Shown here: positions 33,756 through 46,538 of the stretch, piece after piece
How the letters are laid out: each line of letters begins with the position of its first letter
Numbering within the stretch: the first letter of the stretch is position 1
Origin: Myxococcota bacterium
GTDB taxonomy: Bacteria; Myxococcota_A; UBA9160; PR03
Direction: 5' to 3'
Assembly: GCA_041611735.1 (NCBI GenBank)
Contig: JBFIML010000005.1
Span: 7,525 to 71,524, forward strand
DNA: 64,000 nucleotides
Translations under genes and position numbers: made by a program
Notes under the pieces: model-generated
What the model saw: the letters and a program-made list of their open reading frames with translations, nothing else
Database searches by the model: none
Told to the model about the DNA's origin: nothing

Positions 33756-34016
33756 TCACCGGACCACAGAGCCGGCTGACGCTCGGGCGGGAGCTCCCGG
33801 ATCGGAGGTCGAGCGCCGGCGCGCGGCCTCGACGTACTGCTCCAGGTCCTCCGGGTCGTAGCGGACCGCGCCTCCCAGCTTGAGGAAGGGCGGTCCGTTG
33901 CCCTGGAGTCGCCACTTCTGCAGCGTGCGGACGCTCAGCCCCAGCCGCTGGGAGGCGTCGCGTTCGGTCAGCAGCTCCGCCATGCCCGAGGCCATCGCAA
34001 GCCCCGTGCCGCGCAA
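33756..34016 (-). CDS. Excisionase/AlpA-type helix-turn-helix DNA-binding protein
   Basis: [49 protein letters not shown] matches the excisionase-family HTH pattern. The true start is probably an internal ATG (about 33983). Confidence 0.7.
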   Translation of the reverse strand: MRGTGLAMASGMAELLTERDASQRLGLSVRTLQKWRLQGNGPPFLKLGGAVRYDPEDLEQYVEAARRRSTSDPGAPARASAGSVVR

Positions 34017-34147
34017 AGCCTGGGCGACAGCGGCGGAGGCGTCGCCGCAGCCCGGTTCGGGCCGATCCTGGCTGCCGCTGGCGCGGGCAGCGGCACCAAG
34101 GCGGCTTCGATTCGGGGCCCTTCCGCGCGTCCCAAGAGGCCGCCGAT

Positions 34148-34166
34148 TGCTTCCGCCCTGCTTCCG
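34148..34166 (+). repeat. Two TGCTTCCG octamers 11 nt apart (same motif and strand as 15288-15336)
   Basis: Copies lie at 34148-34155 and 34159-34166, between the excisionase-like gene and the tRNA. Confidence 0.55.
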
Positions 34167-34209
34167 GGCTCTGTGTCGCGAAATCGCGCCCGCGTAACTA
34201 GGCGAAATG

Positions 34210-34285
34210 TGGAGCCGACGGCCGGATTCGAACCGGCGACCTGCTAATTACGAATCAGCTGCTCTACCAGCTGAGCTACGTCGGC
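34210..34285 (-). tRNA. tRNA-Thr (anticodon CGU), 76 nt with encoded CCA
   Basis: The reverse complement folds as GCCGACG-TA-GCTC-AGCTGGTA-GAGC-A-GCTGA-TTCGTAA-TTAGC-AGGTC-GCCGG-TTCGAAT-CCGGC-CGTCGGC-T-CCA. This is a complete cloverleaf with an anticodon loop TT-CGT-AA. Confidence 0.9.
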
Positions 34286-34407
34286 TTGGGACGCGTCGGA
34301 CGACGCGGTCGCGAAGTCTAGCCGCGGGCCCGGGGCGCGCCAAGCAGCCGCCCCGGACCCCGCCGCCCGGGCCGGCAGCCCGGGCGGCGCGTGATACCTT
34401 CCGCCGC

Positions 34408-35355
34408 GTGGCGACCACGGAGCGACGCATCTGGATCGACGGCGAGCTCGTGCCCTGGGACCAGGCCACGGTGCACGTGCTCTCCCACAGCCTGCAACGC
34501 GGCTCCCTGGTCTTCGACTACATGAGCGTGCACGAGACCCCGCGGGGGGCGGCCGTGTTCCGCCTGGACGACCACCTGGCGCGCTTCTTCCACTCGGTGC
34601 ATCTCGTAGGCCTGCCCCTGCACGCCGACGCCGAGCGCCTGCGCGCCGGGATCCTGGCCAGCGTGCGCGCCAACCCCGGCGCCAGCGCCGTCAAGATCTG
34701 CGCCTACCTGCCCTCGGTGGAGGTGGAGCTCGTGCCCCTCGACGAGCGCGTGCGGGTGGCCATCGCCGCCTACGATCCCCTGGGCGACGTGATCCAGCCG
34801 AAGGGCGTGACGCACCGCTTCCCGGAAGCCCTGCGCGTGCGCATCGAGCGGGTACGTCGCAAGCTCGACGCGGTGCTCCCGCCCCAGGCCAAGGCGGCGG
34901 CCAGCTACCTGGGCCCCATGAGCGCCAAGTGGGCGGCGCGCCGGGCCGGCTACGACGAGATCCTGCTGGTGGACGCGGCGGGCAACCTGGCCGAGGGGCC
35001 CACCACCAACGTCTTCCTGGTGGACCGGGCGGGCACGCTGCTGACGCCGCCGGTGGGCGGGATCCTGGAGGGGGTCACGCGCCGCTCGGTGCTGGAGATC
35101 GCCAAGCACGACGGCCGCCCGGCCCGGGAGCAGACCCTCCCCCCCGCGGCGCTCTTCGAGGCGGCCGAGGCCTTCCTGACCGGGACCACCGCGGGCGTCT
35201 GGCCGATCGCCACCGTGGACGACCGGCCGGTCGGGGACGGCCGGGTCGGGCCCGTCACCCGGGCGCTCCAGGAGCGCTTCCGCGCCGTGGTCTCCGGGTG
35301 CGACCCGGACTTCGCCCACTGGCTCACGCCCGCCGCCGCAGGACCAACCGGGTGA
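34408..35355 (+). CDS. Class IV (branched-chain amino acid / D-amino acid) aminotransferase
   Basis: IWIDGELVPWDQATVHVLSHSLQRGSLVFDYM... and EGPTTNVFLV, ILEGVTRRSVLEIA are fold-type IV PLP enzyme patterns. GTG start at 34408. Confidence 0.75.
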   Translation: MATTERRIWIDGELVPWDQATVHVLSHSLQRGSLVFDYMSVHETPRGAAVFRLDDHLARFFHSVHLVGLPLHADAERLRAGILASVRANPGASAVKICAYLPSVEVELVPLDERVRVAIAAYDPLGDVIQPKGVTHRFPEALRVRIERVRRKLDAVLPPQAKAAASYLGPMSAKWAARRAGYDEILLVDAAGNLAEGPTTNVFLVDRAGTLLTPPVGGILEGVTRRSVLEIAKHDGRPAREQTLPPAALFEAAEAFLTGTTAGVWPIATVDDRPVGDGRVGPVTRALQERFRAVVSGCDPDFAHWLTPAAAGPTG

Positions 35356-35374
35356 GAGATCCGGCCTAGCACCG

Positions 35375-36346
35375 ATGCGCGTCCTCTCCGGCACGCAGCC
35401 CTCGGGCGAGCTGCACATCGGCAACTACTTCGGGGCGCTGCGCCAGTACCTGGCCTTCCAGGAGCAGCACGAGGCGATCTACTTCATCGCCGACTACCAC
35501 TCCATGACGAGCGTGCGCGAGGCTGCCGAGCGCCGCCGCCTGACCCACGACGTGGCGCTGGACTATCTGGCCCTGGGGCTCGACCCGGAGCGGGCCGTCC
35601 TCTACCGGCAGTCGGACCTCCCGGAGGTGTGCGAGCTGGCCTGGCTGCTCACCACGGTGACGCCCATGGGGCTCTTGGAGCGGGCCCACGCCTACAAGGA
35701 CAAGGTGGCCCAGGGTCTGCCGGTGGATCACGGGCTCTTCGCCTACCCGGTCCTGATGGCGGCGGACATCCTGATCTTCAACGCGGACCTCGTCCCGGTG
35801 GGCCAGGACCAGAAGCAGCACCTGGAGATGACCCGCGACATCGCGGCCCGCTTCAACCACGTCTACGCGCGCGAGGTCTTCAAGCTGCCGGACGCCCACA
35901 TCCTGGACGACGTGGCGGTGGTCCCGGGCACCGACGGGCGCAAGATGAGCAAGTCCTACGACAACACGATCGGCATGTTCGCGGCGGAGAAGGCGCTCAA
36001 GAAGGCCATCATGGGCATCGTCACCGACTCGACGCCCGTCGAGGACCCCAAGGACCCCCAGCAGGCGCTCTTCCAGCTCTGGAACCTGTTCGCCTCGGAA
36101 TCCGAACGCAAGGAGATGGAGGCGCGCGCCCGGGAGGGCGGGCTCGGCTACGGCGATCTGAAGAAGGACCTCCTGCGGCGTCTGCTCGAGCACTTCGGGC
36201 CGATGCGCGAGCGGCGCACGGCCCTGGCCCGACGCCCCGAGGCGGTGGAGGCGCTGCTCGCCGAGGGGGCGCGCCGCGCGCGGGAGCTGGCGCGGCCCGT
36301 GGTGGCGGCGGCGCGGGAGGCGGCGGGGCTCGGCCCGAGACGGTGA
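35375..36346 (+). CDS. trpS: Tryptophan--tRNA ligase
   Basis: GELHIGNYFG (HIGH-type) and KMSKS motifs; 323 aa. Confidence 0.9.
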   Translation: MRVLSGTQPSGELHIGNYFGALRQYLAFQEQHEAIYFIADYHSMTSVREAAERRRLTHDVALDYLALGLDPERAVLYRQSDLPEVCELAWLLTTVTPMGLLERAHAYKDKVAQGLPVDHGLFAYPVLMAADILIFNADLVPVGQDQKQHLEMTRDIAARFNHVYAREVFKLPDAHILDDVAVVPGTDGRKMSKSYDNTIGMFAAEKALKKAIMGIVTDSTPVEDPKDPQQALFQLWNLFASESERKEMEARAREGGLGYGDLKKDLLRRLLEHFGPMRERRTALARRPEAVEALLAEGARRARELARPVVAAAREAAGLGPRR

Positions 36347-36939
36347 CGCCGCGCCCCTTCGTGACGCTGGTCTCGGGCCTGCCGCGCTCCGGGACCTCCC
36401 TGATGATGCAGATGCTGCGCGCCGGGGGGCTCCCGGTCCTGAACGACGACCTGCGCCCGCCGGACGCGCACAACCCGCGCGGCTACCTGGAGTACGAGCC
36501 CGTGAAGCGCAGCGCCCGGGACGCCTCCTGGGTGGCACGCGCCGTGGGCCGGGCCGTGAAGGTGGTGCACCTGCTGCTGCCGGCACTGCCCGCGGACCGG
36601 GAGTACCGGGTGATCCTGATGCGGCGCCCCATCGAGGAGGTGATGGCCTCCCAGCTCGCCATGCTGGAGGGGAGCGGCCGCTCCAGCGACACGGAGGGCG
36701 ACGAGCTCGGCGGGCTCTTCGAGCGCCAGATGGCGGAGACCGAGTCCTGGCTGCGGGAGGCCTCCCACTGCCGGGTGCTCGTGGTGGACTACCCGGAGCT
36801 CGTGCGCGACCCGGCTCCCTGGGCCGCCCGCATCGATCGCTTCCTGGGCGGCGGCCTCGACACGAGGGCCATGGTGGCCGCCGTGGATCCGCTACTGCAC
36901 CGCCAGCGCCTGCACGCGCTCCGCGTCCGCGACCCGTAG
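36343..36939 (+). CDS. Sulfotransferase-family protein
   Basis: VSGLPRSGTSLMMQML is the 5'-PSB P-loop of sulfotransferases. The GTG start overlaps the trpS stop (GTGA). Confidence 0.6.
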   Translation: MTPRPFVTLVSGLPRSGTSLMMQMLRAGGLPVLNDDLRPPDAHNPRGYLEYEPVKRSARDASWVARAVGRAVKVVHLLLPALPADREYRVILMRRPIEEVMASQLAMLEGSGRSSDTEGDELGGLFERQMAETESWLREASHCRVLVVDYPELVRDPAPWAARIDRFLGGGLDTRAMVAAVDPLLHRQRLHALRVRDP

Positions 36940-38919
36940 CGCCTCCCAGGTCCACACCACCTCCTGCAGGGCGGCCTGCTTCTCCTCGCGCGGGATGCGC
37001 AGCCGCTCCCCGTCCGGGCCCGTGATCTGGAGCCCGCCGCTGTGCAGGTCGTAGACCACGCTGCGGTCGAGGCGGCGCAGCCCCACGAGTTGCGGTTGCT
37101 CCATGCGGGGCACGTACTGGAAGATCGCCCGGGACGGGTCTGGCACGAAGCGCGCCCGCGGCCTCCCGGCGCCCGCGCCCACGTCCAGGTGGCGCCACAG
37201 GAGACCGCGCAGCTCGCCCAGCCCCAGGGGCTCCGGCCATTCACCGCCGAGGCCCCACAGGATGAGCGGCACCGCGGTCTGGTGCTCGTCCAGGGCCTGA
37301 CCGTGACCCAGGAAGCCCGTTTCGTAGAAGGACTGTCCGTGATCGGCGGTCACCAGGATCACGCTGCGTCGTGACCCGAGGTGCGCCCACCACGCCTCCA
37401 CCAGCGCCTCCACGGCGTGGTCCACGTTGGCGGCGGTGTTCAGGTAGGTCTCCCACAGGCGCCCGGTCTGGCCGGCCCGGATCCGGCTGCGCGGGATCGG
37501 GTCGACGCCGAGCAGGTCGTCGATCTCCCGGTGGTGGTACGGGAAGTGGGTGTCCACCACGTTCACGTACAGGAAGAGCGGCACTTCGGGGTCGTGGCCG
37601 TGGAGGAAGGCGAGGGCGCGCTCGTTCAGCTGCTTCCAGGAGACCTGCAGGCTACCGGGGCTCGTGGAGCGGGAGGTGCGCCGCGCCAGGTCCTGGCGCG
37701 CGTCGTAGAAGACGTCTGCCTCCGCGGTGCCGAGCAGCGGCTCGCTCTGACCGAAGGAGTCGTCCTGGCCCGAGAACCACCCGACCCGATAGCCCCGGCC
37801 CTTGAAGTCGTGCACCAGCGTCCGCTGGCCGGGGTGCGGGACCAGGGTGCCGCCCAGGAGCTGGGCCCGGGAGGGCACCGTGAAGGGGCTGTGCACGTAG
37901 GCGCGGCGGGAAAGGGACCCCTCCCGGGCGAGGCGGTTCAGGAAGGGCGTCACCTCGCGGCCGCGGAAGCGGGCGTCGAGCAGGTCGGTGCGGAAGCTCT
38001 CCAGGAAGATCAGCAAGACGTGGGGCGAGCCGGTGGCGCTGGCCACGGCGGGCGGGATCGTCCCGGGCGGCGCGAAGTCCGCCGGCAGGTCCCCACCGAT
38101 CCCGTCCTCGTCGATCCCGTTGCCGGGCCGCTCCAGGGCAAAGGGCGCGATGCCCGCGTCGAAGGGGGCCGGGTCCCGCGGCCGCGAGAGGAGCCCGTAG
38201 CCGTCCCGGTCCACGTCGCTGAGCCGCTGCACGACCTCCGTCAGCAGCACGCCGCTCGGCCGGTTCACGAGGCCATAGCGGATGCGGTCCAGCCGGAACG
38301 TCGCCACCAGCAGGATCCCGATGGCCGCCAGGGTGGTGACTGCGAAGCCCGCCCAGATGCGCCGCGCGGGCGGGGGGGCGAAGCGCCGGGGGTCCGTCGC
38401 CACGTGACGCTCGAGCCAGCCGGCCCCCGCCCAGACCCCCAGGACCCCGATCGCCCCGATCCCGGCCACGACCGCCAGCGGCGAGAGATACCCGGCCGCG
38501 TGGGAGGCCACCTCCGCGGAGCTGCGTCCGGAGACCTCCCAGAGCAGGCTGGCGCCCACCATGCGTCCCAGGATCGAGAGGATCTGGTAGCGCACCAGGT
38601 CGAACAGGAACGGCACCGCCAGGGTGACGAGCCCCGTCAGGCAGAAGACCTGGAGATGCCCGAGCGGGAGCACTCGCAGGGTCGGCACCAGCACGCTCCA
38701 GATGGCGAGGGCCAGGGCCGCGTCGAGGATCGCGCCGGTCACGAAGAAGCCGCCGATCACCGCCGGCGAGTCCAGGGAGACCGCGTTGTAGCCGCTCGTG
38801 AAATAGCTGGTGGTGAGCTCCAGGAGCGTCGCCTCGGTGAGGGCGGCGGCAGCCAGGCAGACGAGCAGCAGCACCGACCAGGGGCTCGCCCCGTCTCGCG
38901 TCCCGAAGCGATGCCTCAC
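36892..38919 (-). CDS. Membrane-anchored sulfatase / LTA-synthase-like (alkaline-phosphatase superfamily) protein
   Basis: An N-terminal multi-TM region is followed by a sulfatase-type domain (HVLLIFLESFRTD, VDTHFPY, ILVTADHGQSF). The GTG start at 38919 overlaps the EpsI stop (GTGA). The track's 863-aa version has an Arg/Pro-rich artefactual N-terminus. Confidence 0.7.
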   Translation of the reverse strand: MRHRFGTRDGASPWSVLLLVCLAAAALTEATLLELTTSYFTSGYNAVSLDSPAVIGGFFVTGAILDAALALAIWSVLVPTLRVLPLGHLQVFCLTGLVTLAVPFLFDLVRYQILSILGRMVGASLLWEVSGRSSAEVASHAAGYLSPLAVVAGIGAIGVLGVWAGAGWLERHVATDPRRFAPPPARRIWAGFAVTTLAAIGILLVATFRLDRIRYGLVNRPSGVLLTEVVQRLSDVDRDGYGLLSRPRDPAPFDAGIAPFALERPGNGIDEDGIGGDLPADFAPPGTIPPAVASATGSPHVLLIFLESFRTDLLDARFRGREVTPFLNRLAREGSLSRRAYVHSPFTVPSRAQLLGGTLVPHPGQRTLVHDFKGRGYRVGWFSGQDDSFGQSEPLLGTAEADVFYDARQDLARRTSRSTSPGSLQVSWKQLNERALAFLHGHDPEVPLFLYVNVVDTHFPYHHREIDDLLGVDPIPRSRIRAGQTGRLWETYLNTAANVDHAVEALVEAWWAHLGSRRSVILVTADHGQSFYETGFLGHGQALDEHQTAVPLILWGLGGEWPEPLGLGELRGLLWRHLDVGAGAGRPRARFVPDPSRAIFQYVPRMEQPQLVGLRRLDRSVVYDLHSGGLQITGPDGERLRIPREEKQAALQEVVWTWEALRVADAERVQALAVQ

Positions 38920-39554
38920 GGCGTGCAGGCCGCCTCGTGGTGGCGCCAGGCGGCGGCGAGCCAGGCGCGGGCAGCCTCCCGGGCGTCCTCGACCTGCACG
39001 GGCTCCACCTCGCCGTGGACGAGGAGCAGCGTCATCGGTTGCGTCCCGGACCGGATCTGCGCCACGGCGGACGTGAGCTGGGCCAGCCAGGGCCGGGCCA
39101 CCGGTCGCCCTTCGTACACGAAGAGGTAGCCCGCCAGCTGCACCCGGCGACGGGTCTCGTCGGAGATCCAGTGGATCGGGAGCGGCTCCCCGTCGGTCGC
39201 AAGCCACTCGAGCTCGTGGCGCTCGGGCTCCATGGCGCCGGAGACGAAGTTGGCGGGCCGCACGTAGAGTCGAGCCGGGTCGAAGGAGCGCAGCACCGTG
39301 AACTCGAGCCGGGGGGCGGTGGGCCCGCGGGGCGAAACGCGCCCCTCGGTCCACTGCACCACGTGCCGCCCCAGCTTCTCGCCCCGCTCGCGGACGCTCC
39401 CGGCGCCGGGAAGCCCGAAGGGATCCAGGCGATGACCCGTCCCGGCGCAGGTCTCCGGCTGGCGACGGTCGCCCGCATGCCACGCCACGGGCACGAGGGC
39501 CACGCTCAGCAGGGCGGCCAGCGGCCAGGCGTAGCGGTCCGAGAGGCGGATCAC
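38916..39554 (-). CDS. Exosortase-associated EpsI-family protein
   Basis: ~212 aa. An N-terminal helix (WPLAALLSVALVPVAW) is followed by a periplasmic domain. It sits directly downstream of exosortase with a GTGA overlap, as is typical for EpsI. Confidence 0.6.
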   Translation of the reverse strand: MIRLSDRYAWPLAALLSVALVPVAWHAGDRRQPETCAGTGHRLDPFGLPGAGSVRERGEKLGRHVVQWTEGRVSPRGPTAPRLEFTVLRSFDPARLYVRPANFVSGAMEPERHELEWLATDGEPLPIHWISDETRRRVQLAGYLFVYEGRPVARPWLAQLTSAVAQIRSGTQPMTLLLVHGEVEPVQVEDAREAARAWLAAAWRHHEAACTP

Positions 39555-40552
39555 GCGGCAGCCCTCCGGACGCGGCCGGGGTCCGCGATCAGGAACAGCA
39601 GGATCAGGACCGCCCAGAAGGTGGCCAGCCCCGAGGCCTCGTGGATCGGCGTGTCGAGCAGGCCGCTTCCGAAGCGATCCACCAGCAGCAGCAGCAGCAG
39701 GACGCGTACCGCGTTGCAAGCCAGGGCGAGGGGGACGGCGGCCACCAGCACGGTGACGCGCCGGGGCACGGAGGGAGCGTAGAAGCCCAACACGATGGCC
39801 ACCGCGATGGCGGCGTACAGGGTCGCGAAGCCGCTGCAGGCGTCGGAGATCACGAAGGTGCCCGACGCGAGCTCCATGGCGGTGCCGCGGCGGAAGGCGC
39901 TGTAGCCGAGCAGGAAGAGCAGGGGCTCCACGGCGGCGGTGGTCAGGCTGCGCAGGTAGAGCTGCGTGGCCACCGCATTCGGAATGGGAATCATGAACAG
40001 CCCCACCAGGAGCGGCACGGCCAGGGCGCGCGTGCGCCGGGGTCCGAGCCAGAGCAGCGAGAGCCCCGGCAGGCAGAGCACGAGACCGGCCGCCGCCAGG
40101 TACCGGGTGTGGATGGCGCTGTCCAGCACCGTGAGGCCGAGCCCAGCCCCGAGGAAGGCGAAGCCCCAGGCGCTGCTCTCCTCGGCACCCGCCGCCGGGT
40201 CGCGCCGCAAGGCCAGCCAGCCCAGGTAGCCCATCACGAAGGGGACGAAGATGCCGTGGGCGTTGATCCAGATGCTGGTCGTCCAGGAGCGGTAGAGCCA
40301 GGCGACGGTCGGGGCGAAGAGGGCCACGAAGAGCGCCGCCGTGATCCAGACCGCGAGCGACGGCATGGCCACGCGGGCCGATGGCGCTCCCGCCTGGCTC
40401 GGCTGCCCGCGACGCCACAGGAACACGCCCGTCGCCACCACCGCGCCCGCCAGCACCGACGGCCCCCACTCGTTGGGCGTGAAGGGGCTGACGGCGACCA
40501 GCGCGCCGATCAGGAGGGCGAGCCCGAGGTTGTTCCGGGTGGCGCGGGTCAC
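39551..40552 (-). CDS. Exosortase (Xrt-family transpeptidase)
   Basis: Polytopic, 333 aa, with the active-site motif VISDACSGFATLY, a downstream conserved Arg (NAVRVLLL) and His (IHEASG). Confidence 0.8.
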   Translation of the reverse strand: MTRATRNNLGLALLIGALVAVSPFTPNEWGPSVLAGAVVATGVFLWRRGQPSQAGAPSARVAMPSLAVWITAALFVALFAPTVAWLYRSWTTSIWINAHGIFVPFVMGYLGWLALRRDPAAGAEESSAWGFAFLGAGLGLTVLDSAIHTRYLAAAGLVLCLPGLSLLWLGPRRTRALAVPLLVGLFMIPIPNAVATQLYLRSLTTAAVEPLLFLLGYSAFRRGTAMELASGTFVISDACSGFATLYAAIAVAIVLGFYAPSVPRRVTVLVAAVPLALACNAVRVLLLLLLVDRFGSGLLDTPIHEASGLATFWAVLILLFLIADPGRVRRAAA

Positions 40553-40586
40553 GAGGGAGTCTTCTGCTGAACGGGGGTCGGCTCCC

Positions 40587-40621
40587 GGGGGCTGCCGGTC
40601 GGGGGGCAGAGCGGAGCCCCC
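40587..40621. terminator. GC-rich hairpin between clpB stop and exosortase start
   Basis: The outer stem gggggct...agccccc encloses an inner stem ctgcc...ggcag. No T-tract is present, so function is uncertain. Confidence 0.3.
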
Positions 40622-40703
40622 GGCCCTAGATGACCCGGGAGGCTAGCGCAGGCCGACCGGCGGACGGGCGAAACCCGCCGAAATCCCCTCGGGGCCCCTG
40701 GGG

Positions 40704-43295
<2,592 letters not shown>

Positions 43296-43356
43296 GGCGG
43301 AGCAAGACTAAGCACCTGCCCCGCCCGGGCAAGGCCCCCCAGGGTGCGCAGCCGCG

Positions 43357-44733
43357 TCAGGGCTCCCCGGTGCGGCCCGCAAAGGCCTCTAGCAGCTCCC
43401 GGTCCTCCCCCTCGCGCAGCCGCGCCAGCGCCCGCGCCTCGAGCTGCCGTGCCCGCTCGCGCGAGATCGAGAGCTTCTGCCCGATCTCCTCCAGGGTGTG
43501 CTCACGCTCGCCCTGGAGCCCGAAGCGCCAGCGCAGGATGCGCCGCTCCCGCTCCTCCAGGCGCTCCAGGGAGCGCGCGGCCACCTGCTCGAGGCGCATG
43601 CGGTCGTAGGCCTCGAAGCCGGCGATCGCCTCCGCATCCTCCACGAAGTCCTCGAGCCGCTTGCCCTTGCCCGAGTCGCTGCCGCGCACCTGCGCTTCGA
43701 AGCTCACCGGCTCCGTCACCAGGCTGGCGAGCTCCTCGGCGCGCTCCACCGGAACGTCCATCTCGGCGGCGATCTCCGCGGCGGTCGGCTCGCGCTCGAG
43801 GCGCGTCTCCAGGGCGTCGCGCGTCTGGTAGTACCAGCGCAAGGCGTCGTGATGATGGCTCGGCAGGCGGATCGTGCGCGAATGGTTCTGGATCGCCCGG
43901 ATCAGGGCCTGGCGGATCCACCACACCGCGTAGGTCGAGAACTTGAAGCCGCGCCGCCACTCGAACTTCTCCACGGCGCGCATCAGGCCCGCGTTGCCCT
44001 CCTGGATCAGGTCCGAGAAGGAGAGGCCCAGGTTGCGGAACACCTTGGCCATCACGACCACGAGCTTCAGGTTGTGCCACACGAAGCGGTTCTTGTGCTC
44101 CGTGAGCCGGTCGAAGGCCGCGTCCACGCCCGCCACGCGCTCGAGGAAGCGCGGCGCCGCGAGGCCCAGCTCGGCTTCGAGCTCGACCCGGGAGGCGCGG
44201 CTGCGGCGGCCCTCGCCCATGAGCCGCTCGAGCTTCTGGCGCCGGGCCCGCAGACGCCGGCGCAGGTCGTCCAGGAGCCGGATGGAGAGGTCCGCCTCGG
44301 CGAGGCGCTCCGCTGCGCGGCGGTCCAGTCGCTCCAGCGCCGCGTCGTCGCGAGGCACGACCCGGGCCAGCCGCTCCCGCCGGCGCACCAGCCGCTCCAC
44401 CGTGGCCAGGCGGGCATCCACCCGGGCCTCCACCTCCGCCGAGCCGCTCCCGAACCCCTCGGACATCCTGCCGGTAGCCCGGTCCGCGGCCTTCAGGCGT
44501 CGCCAGGTGCGCACCAGCTCCCGGGCGGTCCAGGGGATCGAGAGCAGGGCGGTCCGGTACTCGCGGGCGGCCGCCTCGATCTCCTTGGCGAGCAGGGTCT
44601 CCTCCTCGCGCGAGAGCGTGGGGATCGGCGCGATGTCCGCGAAGTAGGCGGCCAGGGGCTCGCGTTCCCGGGGCGCACGCTCCCCGATCTCGGGTCGCGC
44701 CTTTCCCTGGCTCTCGAAATCCTTCCAGGCCAT
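43357..44733 (-). CDS. Sigma-70 family RNA polymerase sigma factor (RpoD-like, with insert between regions 1.2 and 2)
   Basis: Region 2 is [37 protein letters not shown] and region 4.2 is [27 protein letters not shown] 44733 is chosen (MAWKDFES...). Confidence 0.8.
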   Translation of the reverse strand: MAWKDFESQGKARPEIGERAPREREPLAAYFADIAPIPTLSREEETLLAKEIEAAAREYRTALLSIPWTARELVRTWRRLKAADRATGRMSEGFGSGSAEVEARVDARLATVERLVRRRERLARVVPRDDAALERLDRRAAERLAEADLSIRLLDDLRRRLRARRQKLERLMGEGRRSRASRVELEAELGLAAPRFLERVAGVDAAFDRLTEHKNRFVWHNLKLVVVMAKVFRNLGLSFSDLIQEGNAGLMRAVEKFEWRRGFKFSTYAVWWIRQALIRAIQNHSRTIRLPSHHHDALRWYYQTRDALETRLEREPTAAEIAAEMDVPVERAEELASLVTEPVSFEAQVRGSDSGKGKRLEDFVEDAEAIAGFEAYDRMRLEQVAARSLERLEERERRILRWRFGLQGEREHTLEEIGQKLSISRERARQLEARALARLREGEDRELLEAFAGRTGEP

Positions 44734-44945
44734 GTCACTCCGTCCCAGGGCCACCCAGGTGCCCCCACACCACACTCTCTTCGTCTGACGAAGGGGCCCG
44801 CCCGGACCTTCGTTCGGGAGACGCCTCCCGCCGGCGGCGTGCTCCCGGGGGGCTCGGGTCACTGGGGCTCTCGTTGGATGCCGCACAGGCGGTCCGGTTG
44901 CAGGCGGGCTGCCGGGGAGAGATGGCCCCGAGGGGCTTCCGGGGG

Positions 44946-46460
<1,515 letters not shown>

Positions 46461-46538
46461 CTCGTTCCCGATCCCCCCAGGGTTGCCGCGCCGCTCGGGG
46501 CGCCCGGTCGCCGCCTCCCGTGGCTCACGACGAGTGGC

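Larger units (their letters stand above)
15141..34285. mobile_element. ~19-kb integrative genomic island inserted in tRNA-Thr(CGU)
   Basis: A direct 47-nt repeat of the tRNA 3' half lies at both ends. The integrase sits inside the left end and an excisionase-like HTH gene inside the right end. An IS element and multiple gene fragments lie within. Housekeeping genes resume immediately right of the tRNA. Confidence 0.7.

Noticed and set aside
33202-33915. 237-aa minus-strand ORF across the fragment graveyard.
   Set aside because: Its composition is typical of a G+C artefact. It overlaps the recognisable Prx5 and MscS fragments on the other strand as well as the excisionase-like gene.
36892-39483. 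Long N-terminal extensions offered by the ORF track. Examples are the 863-aa sulfatase-like ORF, 8634-10175, 3291-4871, 43357-44886, 46539-48158, 51752-53233 and 54114-56351.
   Set aside because: The upstream portions are Arg/Pro-rich and overlap neighbouring genes. Internal ATG or GTG codons preceded by signal peptides, Shine-Dalgarno sites or 4-nt coupling overlaps give family-typical N-termini.
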